Below are positions 41,286-64,000 of a stretch of 64,000 nt of DNA, piece after piece. A program made the position numbers and the translations under genes. Source of the DNA: Amoebidium appalachense (lineage: Eukaryota > Protista > Ichthyosporea); NCBI GenBank assembly GCA_963693365.1, contig CAVNZM010000003.1:9484782-9548781 (forward strand), read 5' to 3'. The notes under the pieces were generated by a model. It was not told where the DNA came from. It saw only the letters and a list, made by a program, of their open reading frames with translations, and made no database searches. The first letter of the stretch is position 1; every line of letters starts with the position of its first letter.

Positions 41286-41739
41286 CAAACAACAACAACA
41301 CCACCACACTCCCATCTCCCTTTTTCTCAAAAAGAACCGTGCGCACACGCACACACATAGACCGGCGAAACACACACACACACACACACACACATCCACA
41401 CCGTAAATGCTGTGTGATATTTGTGCGCGCCCGCACGTATGTGTGAGTGTGTGCGTATGTGTGTATGCATGCGTGGGTGTATTTGGTGTGTGCCTATGTG
41501 CCTGAGGCATGACGCCTGTGCATACTTACGTGATTATGGGTAGGAGCGACTATCAAGCAGTTGTGTGCTGTGTGGTTTCGTTAAGGTGGAAAAAGGGGAG
41601 CGGGAGGGGGGAGGGGGGGAGGGGGGGGGGGGGGGGGGGAAGGGGGGAATAATACTGGAACGGGAACGTTGTGTGTGTGTGTGTGTGTGTGTGTGTTTTT
41701 ACGTTTTTTTTTCTTTTTTTTTCTCTTTTTCTTTTTTTT

Positions 41740-41770
<31 letters not shown>

Positions 41771-42350
41771 GGGGGGTATTGGAACATTGAGGCTAAGCGA
41801 AGGGAGGGCAGGAGGGGAGGTTTCTCTCTGTATTGGTTTTTACTGACAAATCGAAACACTGAATGGGTATAACAGTACATTTAGGAGACTTTTGTAATGG
41901 CCGACAACTTACTGCTGTCCACTTGCAGGATAAATTTACATATTCACAAGATATTCTTAGAATTTAATACAGAGTTTCCATCGCAAAGAATTCCTCTAAA
42001 AATATCATTCCTGGGCCCGTAGGTTAAAGATAAGGCGGTGCTAACATTAAGGTAGGCTGAGCAAGAACAACGTTCTAAGCCGATCTATAATGGGCAGATT
42101 ACAGTCTACTCAGCAAACAAAAAGATTGAAAAGTCGTCACATGCACCAACCGAGACTCGTATTCAAAACGTTTCACATGGACCACACATCCAGTGACCTA
42201 CACCTTAAAGGAAAACGCATAAAAAGACATAATCCTTCAAAAATACATAAACCAATCTAATAACACTCGCAAGCCCGGTAGGACACAATCAAGTTATGCA
42301 CTATGTGAGTTCTGATACTACGAGAGAAAGAAAAGAAGTGCCAGAAGTCA

Positions 42351-53733
<11,383 letters not shown>

Positions 53734-55055
53734 GCTGCTCTGTTATTGCACAACTGCACGAGCTTATTATAATCAGATCTTCAGTTTGTATGAATGTGTG
53801 GGTTAGCTAAGACTTGTGTGGTTAGAATCCTCGATGTATGGGTTACTATATATGTAGGAACTTTGATGTGTTTCAACTGTCACAAGAAGAGTGACTGTAA
53901 CCGTGTTGTGTGTGGGGTGCGGCTTTTGTATTCCGCCGTCTGTGAGTGCAGCGCAGAGACTTCAGAGAAGTTAGATCCAAAATGTGTTGTTTGAGGGTGG
54001 GTTCTGAGTGGCTGTCAATCTGGTATCGTTTGGATCCACCGCGAATCGATTGGTTTATCTCGATGTCTAAATAGATAAACCAATCAAAGCAACACTTTGA
54101 GATTTGACAGATCTGGCAGCCCCCTGCACTGGCCACTGGTAGAGCTGAAAGCCAGTCATGCATCAGAACAGTTGCTTTATTTGGTTATTGTGGGATTTTC
54201 GCATTCCAGACAGATCTTGGTTTCGCACTGAATCTTCAGTCTCGGATCTTCTCGAGTAGGTGAGGGTGACGCTAGGCCAGGGTCACACCGACGTCATATG
54301 GAGGTCTTGGTAATGAACTTTGATACAAGGTCAAAGTCGTGTCAGTTCAAACCCCAGCGTAAAGAAGTTCATGCCGTTCATCCTATTCGCTATGCATGTC
54401 TTAAAATTATACGTGGTACATCACCAGCTTGAATGGCCAAGCGCAAGTTCCAAGTCTTCATAGGGGGTCTGTGCGTACCTGGAAACGAGGTGGTAGTAAG
54501 ATATGCTCTCTAAATACGACGTCAATATTCATTGTTGTATTGGATGGGCACTGGTGCCTGTGTACACACAGGTGCGCCGGCTTGCCATGTATGGTAGCTG
54601 CCTGTTCTTAGTGGGAGAGAACGTGACATTCCCACTGCCCCCCGACCATGCATGATCCCAACCCGTCGGACCGTACATGCATGTGTAGGTGTGTGCCCGC
54701 ATGTACAAGGTTGCTACTGATTTCATAAATTGGTGTACACTGTTTGATAAATTCCTTGCTGAGTGATATACAAGGGGCGATGCGGGTCCTGGATTTGATA
54801 TCAACACAAGAAGAGAGAGGCCTTTGCCCTGCCGTTACACCCCCCCCCCCCCCCCCCCCCCCTCCTTCCCCCCTCCCCCCCCCCCCCCCCCCTCCTCCTC
54901 GTAGATACTAATGCGCGAGTGCCCGGACTCCGGAGAAGAGGAGAGGAGGGAGGGTGAGGGCGGGTTGGGAGGGGACCTATAGAGAGAGGGAGAATCTATG
55001 TAGAGAGAAAGGGGAGGGAGGGGGGGAGATCTAGGGGATTGGGGACACACACGCA

Positions 55056-55088
<33 letters not shown>

Positions 55089-55089
55089 G

Positions 55090-55256
<167 letters not shown>

Positions 55257-55258
55257 GC

Positions 55259-55296
<38 letters not shown>

Positions 55297-55489
55297 GGGG
55301 GGGGGGGGGGGGAAGGGGGAGAGAGAGTGAGAGAGGGTGGGTGGGTGGGAAAGAGGGAGGGTGGAGGGGGGGGGGGGGGGGAGAGAGATATATATATATA
55401 GATCTCAGAGGGAGGGAGGGAGGCAGCAACTTGAAGAGAAGGGGGGGGAGAAGGAGGGGAGAGAAAGGGGGGGGGGGGGGGGGGGGGTA

Positions 55490-55617
55490 TATTGAAATAA
55501 ACAGAAACGTAGTAGCTGCACGGCTTACAATAACAATTTACCCGCATGTGGGGAGTACGATCGTGGGCTGCGATGGGAGAGGGGCAGGCTGACAGAGTTG
55601 GGTAGGCGGGCCGGGGA

Positions 55618-55651
<34 letters not shown>

Positions 55652-55820
55652 GGGGGGGGGGGGGGGGGAGAGGGAGGGGCAGGGTGCGGGGGGGAGAGAA
55701 GGGGGAATCCAGGGAGGGGGAGGGGGGAGAGTATCGAAATGGACAGAAGCCGTAGTAGCTGCACGCTTTACGATACCAAGATACCAATGGAACCTGCATG
55801 TGGGGAGGATGATTGTGGGG
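55490..55820. repeat. Short diverged direct duplication
   Basis: gaaat..acagaa..cgtagtagctgcacg..ttac.ata.caa...gcatgtgggga..a.gat.gtggg at ~55494 and ~55736. Confidence 0.7.
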
Positions 55821-55833
55821 GTTTTTTTTTCCT

Positions 55834-55876
<43 letters not shown>

Positions 55877-56475
55877 AGGGAGAGCGGATACGCAATACTG
55901 TAAATCTACCCAAAGCGTCATCACTGCACACAATGTCATGGCAATTCCTCAGTAAAAACACCCACGTGTCAGTGTGAGCGCGCTATGAGTGCACGGGCGT
56001 AAACAATAGCAGATGGTCTGACAACAAATGATTGCACATGATTTAAGAAAGCAGCGCCGTGCCACGTGCTACACACACAAAATTCGAACAAACAGTTACA
56101 GACACAAAAAACATACTGACATAGAATAGGAGACAGGGGTTTGAAAAGATGTGAGGCCACAAAAGGGCTACTACCGTTGAGCAAAACGCTTTGTTTCGTT
56201 GTTTCTTATCGGGTGTGTTTGTACCAAGGCTTGTCTCTGAAAGTGTCCCATCGTCTGATTGGTGGTAACCAGAAAGTAGACTTTATTCCATCAGCGGGAA
56301 GGGGGGGGGGGGAGGGGGGGGAGGGGGGGGGGGGGGGGGGAGAGGACAAGTAAAGATGACCGGGTGAGGGTGATATATTAGCGAAAATGTGGACTTTTCC
56401 GAGGGCTCCCATATGGAGCCGGATGGCGGTAACAGCTGTCGTATAAGATATGGTGTATATATATGTGTGTGCATC

Positions 56476-56601
<126 letters not shown>

Positions 56602-57214
56602 GGGGGGGCAGGGCGGAGGGGGAGGAGAGGGAAGGGGGGGGGGGGGGGGGGGGGGGGGGGATTTGAGGGAGAACGTATTGTTGCAAACCTGGTCCACAGG
56701 ATAGCTAGCAATACAAAACTTGAAGCTCTTTGAGTTTTGCTGTATGATATTCTTCAACATTTCATCAGAGTTGTTAGGTGGGTACCAGCCCCACGAAAAT
56801 TCCTTTACAACACCGAATTCGGACTGTTTTTCAGATCTTAAAAGTGGAAAACTCTATATAAAACATTGAGAATTGAGCGAACAGGTAGAAAAATGGATAT
56901 ATGAACAGAGCCCACCATCATGAGGCCATGTGCCCTTAACAAAACTCGAATCGCACTCTATGTGATGAAGCAAATGCGGATGTGGTTCCCAAGGAGGCGG
57001 TGATGGGGGAGGAGGAGGAGGAGGGGGGGGGGGGGGGGGGGGGAGAAAGGGGGAAGGTGGGGAGGGGGAGTAAGGGGTGTGTGTGTGTGTGTGTGTATGC
57101 GTGTGCGTGTGTGCGCGCACGCGCGTGCGTCTGCATGTATGCGTACGTGTGTGTGTTTGTGTGTGCGCGCGCATGACCGTGTGTGCGTGTGCGCCCATGT
57201 GTAGGGTGTGTGTG

Positions 57215-57248
<34 letters not shown>

Positions 57249-57753
57249 TGTGTTCGGGTGCATGCCCGGCGGAGGAGGGGGAGAAGCAGGGGCGCTTTAG
57301 TAATCTATGGGATCTTATCACGGTTAATCATGATGTTCTCTTCACCTTCCGGCACCAATGTTAATACTATGATCTTTTGATATGTAGCAACTAGGTATAT
57401 CTAAATTTGAGAATGTCAAAAAGTTGAACTAACCTTAAATTAGGATGTATCATTCAGACACGAGATTCGGGTTGGAAGGGCCGAAACTGCTTGAAATGCA
57501 TAAAAGTTTTGGAATAATTGTAACTAAGTCAAAAAAAGGGGAGCTAGATAAAACATAAAAAATGGTTAATGTGACTTTAAAACTATAAAAAGCATCTATA
57601 CTTCATCATAAAAATGTTTGCTACTTTAAAGATTAAAGATAGCATTGATTGTCTATGTATCTGTTTGCTGCGGTTTACACCGACTTCCGACCTCGGTATA
57701 TTTGAATATGAATATGCAATATCTTAAGAAGAACTCCAGAAACTCAAGCTCAC

Positions 57754-58770
57754 TCACACCGAATCTTCACCACTTCCATCACCGTTTTTATGCTCTTCTC
57801 CTGCGTTTACACACATGCTCGCCTCATCCGTAATATCGCTCTCGGGGACCGCGACCCCATTAACCGTCACCCCCAACACATGATCCCTGCTATCAATAAA
57901 ATCAAGCATGCACGCGTTCTCAGCCTGTTGCGTGGTTGGAGTTTCCCTCTTTTTTTTGCCTTTTGGGGTCGAATTCGCGTCTGTTAGTATCACACCCATA
58001 GACATCGGTCTTCCCGTATGTATTTTCCCCCCGGACACGACCGGTTCCGAAATTGCCGGGGCTGCAGCCGTAATAACGTAATCTGTGGGTACACCGATCG
58101 ATCCCTCTGATAGCATCGCCATATGCTGGCGCACCAATGTAAAGTGTCCGTTAAGTCCCTGTTGGTTTAATGGTTCGGCCGTTATCGAGTATGTTTGGGC
58201 GAGCCGCTCCTGAAACAATCTCCCACTAAGAGGCCTGCTGTGAACGTCGGTTGGCCCCGAACCTTGACCCCCTTCACTTGTCGTTTTCGTTCTCCCGGAC
58301 GTTTGAAACGAGCGGTAAGTCTGCCACCAGAAATAAAACATCAAGATTGATTGGGAGGCGTAGTTTATAAACACGAGTAACCCGCCCGTCATGGTCTGGT
58401 TTCCGCTTAAAAACGCCCAACCAACGTTATCCAATAGGATGCCGTAGATAAGAGTGAGAGCCAATCCGGTCATTCCTTTCATCATGGTGGCGGTCACGTG
58501 ATGTTGCATGAATGCGGTTTGGCGGCGGTTGAGGAGGGCCAGGTTGGTGATGAGCAGAAGGATGATGAGCGCCTGTGTGTGTGCGTGTGTGTGTGTACAT
58601 GTGTGTGTGCGTGTGTGTGTGTGTGTGTGGGGGGGGGGGGGGGGAGGGGGGTAGGGAAAGGGGGGGGGGGGGAGGAGAAAGAGAGAGAGAGAGAGCGTGT
58701 GTTTGTGTGTGTGGGGGGGGGGGAGGGGGGAGGGAAAGAGAGTGTGTATGGGGGGGGGGGGGGGACAGGG

Positions 58771-58868
<98 letters not shown>

Positions 58869-59310
58869 GGCGCGTGTGTGTATGCACGTGTGTGCACAGC
58901 CGTGTGTATGTGGGCTTGTGTTAGCGTTCCACTAAGAGATAACCGGCGTAGGAGAGGGGGGGTGTTTTGGAATGTGCGAGGGGGCTGGGATAGAACTGGG
59001 AAAATGGAGGTGCCGAGGAGAGAACTTCGGAAGAAAGAAGAAGTGTCTCATTTGATATTCGATTTAAACAGGCGAAAAAACAATAAATGCGGGAGATTAA
59101 TAATGTCACTTCAGCGATGGCACGTACGGCCAAGTCAAGCTGAAGAGAACGGGTATATCATCTCAAACTCTCATTATAACAAGTGCCAGAGAGGTAGGGT
59201 TATTGAAGTTTTTCAGATGAGACGTCGATTGGTTCATGTATTTTTTGTCTTGTTACGTTATGGTATTTCTTTGCATTCCAGTTCTCTTTTTTTTTCCCTT
59301 TTTTTTTTCC

Positions 59311-59341
<31 letters not shown>

Positions 59342-60101
59342 GGGGGGGGGGGGGAGGGGGGGGGGGGGGAGGGGGGGGGGGGGGGAAGGGGGGTAGGATG
59401 GGTTTCATACCTGAAGAGCAACATGCGCACCATCCACCTTCTTCAATATCGCGATTCCCTCCACACAAAGAGGTGGGAAAATAACCAAAAATGGTAACAT
59501 TCCAACGGCAACCGCACCCAACATCCACACGGCCCCGTATCGCGCCTGCCGCACGAGCAGAGGTTTCTTTAATCGAATCCCGCCGAAAGAAACCTCCAGA
59601 CACCCATACATGAGGATGGTTAGGCGGAGGGAAAAAACATATACGGGGAGGCTGAAAAGAGGACGGCCGAACCAGTACAGAGCCCACCAATAGCATTGCT
59701 GCATTAAAAACATTTATATGGTTAGATGTGCCCTGAGAACAGGGGTGTGTGAATGGGATTATGTGATGCATGATTTTAGTATGATCTACAGACACTGCTT
59801 TGGTAAAGTTAACGTAGCTTATAATGATTGATGATGCTCCGTAAAGGCATTTTAGGTTACATCGGGAAGGAACGGGGAGGAGATGGACGGTACGAGTGGA
59901 GGAAGATGAGAAGGGGGGGGGGGGGGGGGGGGGGCACGGGGAGGCAATTAAAAGTAAAAGGGGACACGGCTACTACACGACATTCCATTCGCCAACATCC
60001 AGAGAGCGTGCTGTTTAAACAGAGCCCTTTCTTACGAAAATGGAGCCCCCGCCCCCACCTCTTTTATTTTCTTTTCTTTTCTTTTTTTTTTTTTTTGCCC
60101 T

Positions 60102-60147
<46 letters not shown>

Positions 60148-60307
60148 TGCAAAAGATGTCACTATGTTGGCAGATGCCCAGGCTACAAGAAATTTAATGC
60201 GCGCAGGGATGAAAATATATATACACACATAACCTACTTTAGAACTAGCACATACATTACGAGGTTAACCCATTCAAATGAATCAAACCTTTGAAGAGGA
60301 GGAGGGG

Positions 60308-60340
<33 letters not shown>

Positions 60341-61380
60341 AAGCAAAGTATGTGTATGTACCATAACGTAAGATCGTTAACACTTCAGTTGGGCATCGTA
60401 TGCAACAGTAACAATGAAGTCTGTGTGCAGAACGTGTGTATGCAATTTGATTGGGTAATTAAATCTTTTTGGCTGGCGTACATTGGATTTTCATGTGTTC
60501 TGGTTATGTGGTGGCAAAGCCACTGGGTGTGAGTCACATACGGGGTCACAAAGTATGCGTGTTACGCGGCTCAACGACGTTTGTGTGCAAAACGTTCCGA
60601 CGGTGCGGGGTGTTGGGTTTACATGCATGCCCAGTACTGTATACATCTGTGCACGTCGTGCAAATGTGTTAATGGAAAACTTAGAGCACACTCTTGCTTG
60701 AGCAAGGTGCATGTATTGAATGATTGGTGTTGGGTGGTGGCGCACACGCATGTACAGTGCGCACGTGTGCAGGTATGTTCGTGACTACTTGTGTGTTTGT
60801 GTGTGTGTGTGTGTGTGTGCATGCGTGAGCGCATGAGCGTGAGCACACACCTGCGTGGTCGTTTCTATGTGTGCACGCACTCACTCGTATGCATGCACTT
60901 GCGCGCAGGTGTTCTAGACTTGCCTTACGGTCTGTGTGTGTGTGTGTGTGTGTGCGTGTGTGCGCATGCGTGTGTCTTTCTCTCTCTCTCTGTGTGTCTG
61001 TGTGTGTGTCTGCGTGTGTGTATGTGTGTGTGTGTGTTCATGGGAAACGAGGGGGAGGGGGGAGGAGGGGAGGGGAGAGAGAGAAGAAGAGGAGGAGGGA
61101 CACATACCTGATCAAGGATACCATATGCCCACACATTCCCGATCCATTCGGACGTCTGCACAATCATGCCACACCAAGGAATAGCGAGAAGGAAATACAA
61201 ATTGGCCTGTCTTCTGCTGGACAAATTGGATCGTACCACCGTCACAAGACCAAAAATCATAAGCAGAACCAAAAATCCAACAATTACCGGAAACGCTATC
61301 CGTAAAAAAGTTTGCAGGTAGACCTGCGACTGGGACGCCCCTTGGTCCACCGACATCATTAATTTTCGCGCGTCAACCAT
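57754..61380 (-). pseudogene. Multi-pass (7-8 TM, GPCR-like) membrane protein gene with two in-frame stops; exons ~61380-61108, 60420-60362, 60288-60256, 59732-59411, (59139-?), 58572-57754
   Basis: Hydrophobic helices IAFPVIVGFLVLLMIFGLVTVV, LYFLLAIPWCGMIV, AVWMLGAVAVGMLPFLVIF, ALIILLLITNLALL, GLALTLIYGILL and GLLVFINYASQSILMFYFWW plus a long polar tail. Splice phases fit, but TGA (60385-87) and TAA (59714-16) interrupt the frame. Confidence 0.62.
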
Positions 61381-64000
61381 TTACACGGAAATTGCTTGTA
61401 CCATGCAGCGGTTTCCAAACTATAGGATAAAAAGGTATTAATTTTCTTTCGACTGGAGGCAAAGGGAGGCTAGTTAGAGAAACTAGCAAAAAATGAGAAA
61501 AGAGTTGTATGTTTTCCTGATGTGCACGTGTCCAGGACCACCAGATTTCCTGAATTTCCATGCTACCAATGCTAAGAAAATAATACTGTTTTCCGCATGG
61601 AACGGAAAAAAATGTCCCCCTTCGTGGAGAATTTGCTTTTCTCTTCGTTGCTCAATGCGTCCATAGAGTTGTGGCCTTTCCGTTTCCGCACCACATACAT
61701 GGGGAATGGGTTGAGCGAGCGGTAACTGTTGTCAAAGTGCTTCCTTACGTTTTTGTGACAAGTAGGCCACAGCTCCCTTGGCTACTTCGATATGACCTTG
61801 TTGTAGCCTTTGAAGGGTTTCAGTTTGAAAGTTATCCGCTCGAATTAGATTTAGTAATAGTATGCTAGCACATCTCCATGGTTTATTTTCGCAGCTTGGT
61901 TAAGTTTACTGGTTATGTTACTTGTTCATGCTTATTGCTATTATTATTGTGTTGAAGAATTATCAAAATGTTGTCGATTTTGAACTCCATAAACTGCATA
62001 CATTCCTTGCAATTGCACATGTGCCCTGCAACCTTTTCACTCGCCAACAAACCTTATTAACGGTTGTTCTAGCACTCATTAAATTCGAATCACCAGCCTG
62101 TCGACGTCCTCGCAAAGCAACCCCTAGCAATGAAAATAAGGTTGGTGTAAGCGTAAGAAAAGGAAACCAAAACAAACAGAGCATGTACAAACTACTAAGT
62201 ACCGTGTGCCAAAAGTACCTTTTACACTTGTGCTTGAAGCACGTGTGGCGTCTGATGTAAGGGTCTGGGCAGTGGGCAGCTCCCGCCGTCCGTGACATGA
62301 TGATGATTGATCGCCGATCCAAATTTCCATGATCTTTACTTGACGCCAATAGGATAAAAATGTGCTCAGAAGTGGGTGCGTGTAGATCCAATAGGAGTTG
62401 TCTTTTTCGTCACTTTCGATCAACAATATCCCCCATCACTCCGGATGGTCTCTCGTTGATCCATCAGATCCATATGGGTTGTGTTCAAGCGTTGCCCCTC
62501 TTGAGTCTTTTCATACGTATACATTTTTTCTTTTAACTGCATATATTCAACAGACGGAGATGTAATTATGGAACAAATAATTATTGTAGGAGATTCTATG
62601 TACGAATTAGCCAACAGCAAGTGCTTACTAATATTCCTGAACAGTGTATGCCAAGTATCGTATGCATTCCACGCTAACTGCAAATTTGTAAATGTCAACC
62701 ATTTTTCAAAGTTAAAACCAAGAAACAGCTCAAACAAACCATTATGGTTCAAGAAATATAAACCTTTCCATTTATGTTTTGTTATAAATAATAGTTATTT
62801 ATATCCATGTTTTTCGAGACTATAACGGTTCATTTTTCTATAGCTTCTTGCTGCAACAACAAACCACTACATATATGTAAAGTTTAAACAAATGCCGGAA
62901 AAGTTCCGGGGGCGGAACATACGCCCCACGATTAGAGATTCTAGGGGATCGTTCCAACATTCTTTTCGACCAATCGGGTCAACCAACAGTTTTGATCTCG
63001 GAATCCAGTCGCGTCAACGTTGCAAGGTTTGTTTTTTATCTGAATTTCTGAAACCTAAAAAGCTGAGAAATGAAGTGTACCTGTGTGTACATCAGTATCA
63101 GTACAGATTCTATAGAGAGCAAACGCCAAGCAGCGGCACCAGTCAGATCATGAGCAGCACGTGGGAACCTCCGAAACTCTCACAATAATTTCAAGGCATG
63201 TCTATCGTTTCTGTATCCCAAAGCCTTTTCAGGTTCCGAATCGTGTAAAACGGAACACAAGGCTCCCCTATTTGCTTGAATATCACTGTCAGGTTCGAAT
63301 TCACGTAAGACCTAACGAACGTGAGGCTTTTGTCATGAGTGTTCAAGAGACGAGCTCCACAGCCTCTTGAATGAGAAAATGGGCCAGTTTCACGTACGTA
63401 TACATATTCGCGTACATATTTTATAATGGGCACCTTACGTGCGTGGGCACAACATGTATGTGTATATGTGTCATAAGTACACGGGACGTGACGTTTACGC
63501 CCACATGATGTGCGTGCCCCTACTACCCCGCACGGCGCACATGATGTGCGCATGCGTAGAGTCTATTATTCGATCATGGGCACATGCATGATCGGTCAGA
63601 TGCATGCACATGATGCACATGTGTACATGTACGTATACACATGCTTTCTATTTTGTGATTTCATCTTTGTGTTAACATAAATATCCTAGGTAAGCAAAAA
63701 CTTCTTATATGTACGGCACGGAAGCATGGCATGCGCAAAGGTAAGTGCCTATCAAAACCTGTAAGTGACACACTTCTTCGAAACTGTGCGTGTTGCGCGC
63801 GCTGCACGCGCTGCGCCCGCGTCAACGGCCAGTGTGCGGCTGTATACAGGATGGGGTTTACGCTGTTTACTCGAGGCAAAGAGAACCAGTCTCAGGTATG
63901 GGGGGGGGGGGGTTGCTCGGAATATCCCCTCAGCGGTATATCATGATCACGTACATAGATGTCGGGTGGTGACTATATATCAGGGTTTACTTTCTCTACG

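Noticed and set aside
59714-60387. Alternative nuclear genetic code explaining in-frame stops
   Set aside because: All three stop codons terminate intact genes in this window, and long exons lack internal stops.

Overview
Intron-rich eukaryotic nuclear DNA saturated with (GT/CA)n, (GA/TC)n and poly-G/C tracts, so most ORF-track entries are microsatellite artefacts. The lineage cannot be fixed from sequence alone; a unicellular opisthokont (ichthyosporean or early-diverging fungus) is plausible. Real content: (1) Three intronless paralogs of an uncharacterised protein family at 3.4-14.2 kb, each with an N-terminal MGLF.. amphipathic/11-mer repeat segment and a conserved domain containing a long hydrophobic hairpin. 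(2) A ~5.9 kb AT-rich mitochondrion-derived block (25.0-30.9 kb) with decayed cox3, two tandem group I intron cores, atp6 and a group II intron RT, all on one strand, followed by layered tandem-repeat arrays. It appears to interrupt a spliced BEN-domain gene that lies head-to-head with an AlkB-like remnant. (3) A frameshifted small secreted protein gene and a 253-bp MITE with a 4-bp TSD. (4) A 5-exon CAP/SCP gene. (5) An ~11-exon secreted bacterial-type GH31 (Nag31/CPE1046-like) with CBM32, CBM51, HYR-like and C-type-lectin-like modules. (6) A multi-TM receptor-like pseudogene. All calls are by eye from motifs; no searches were run.
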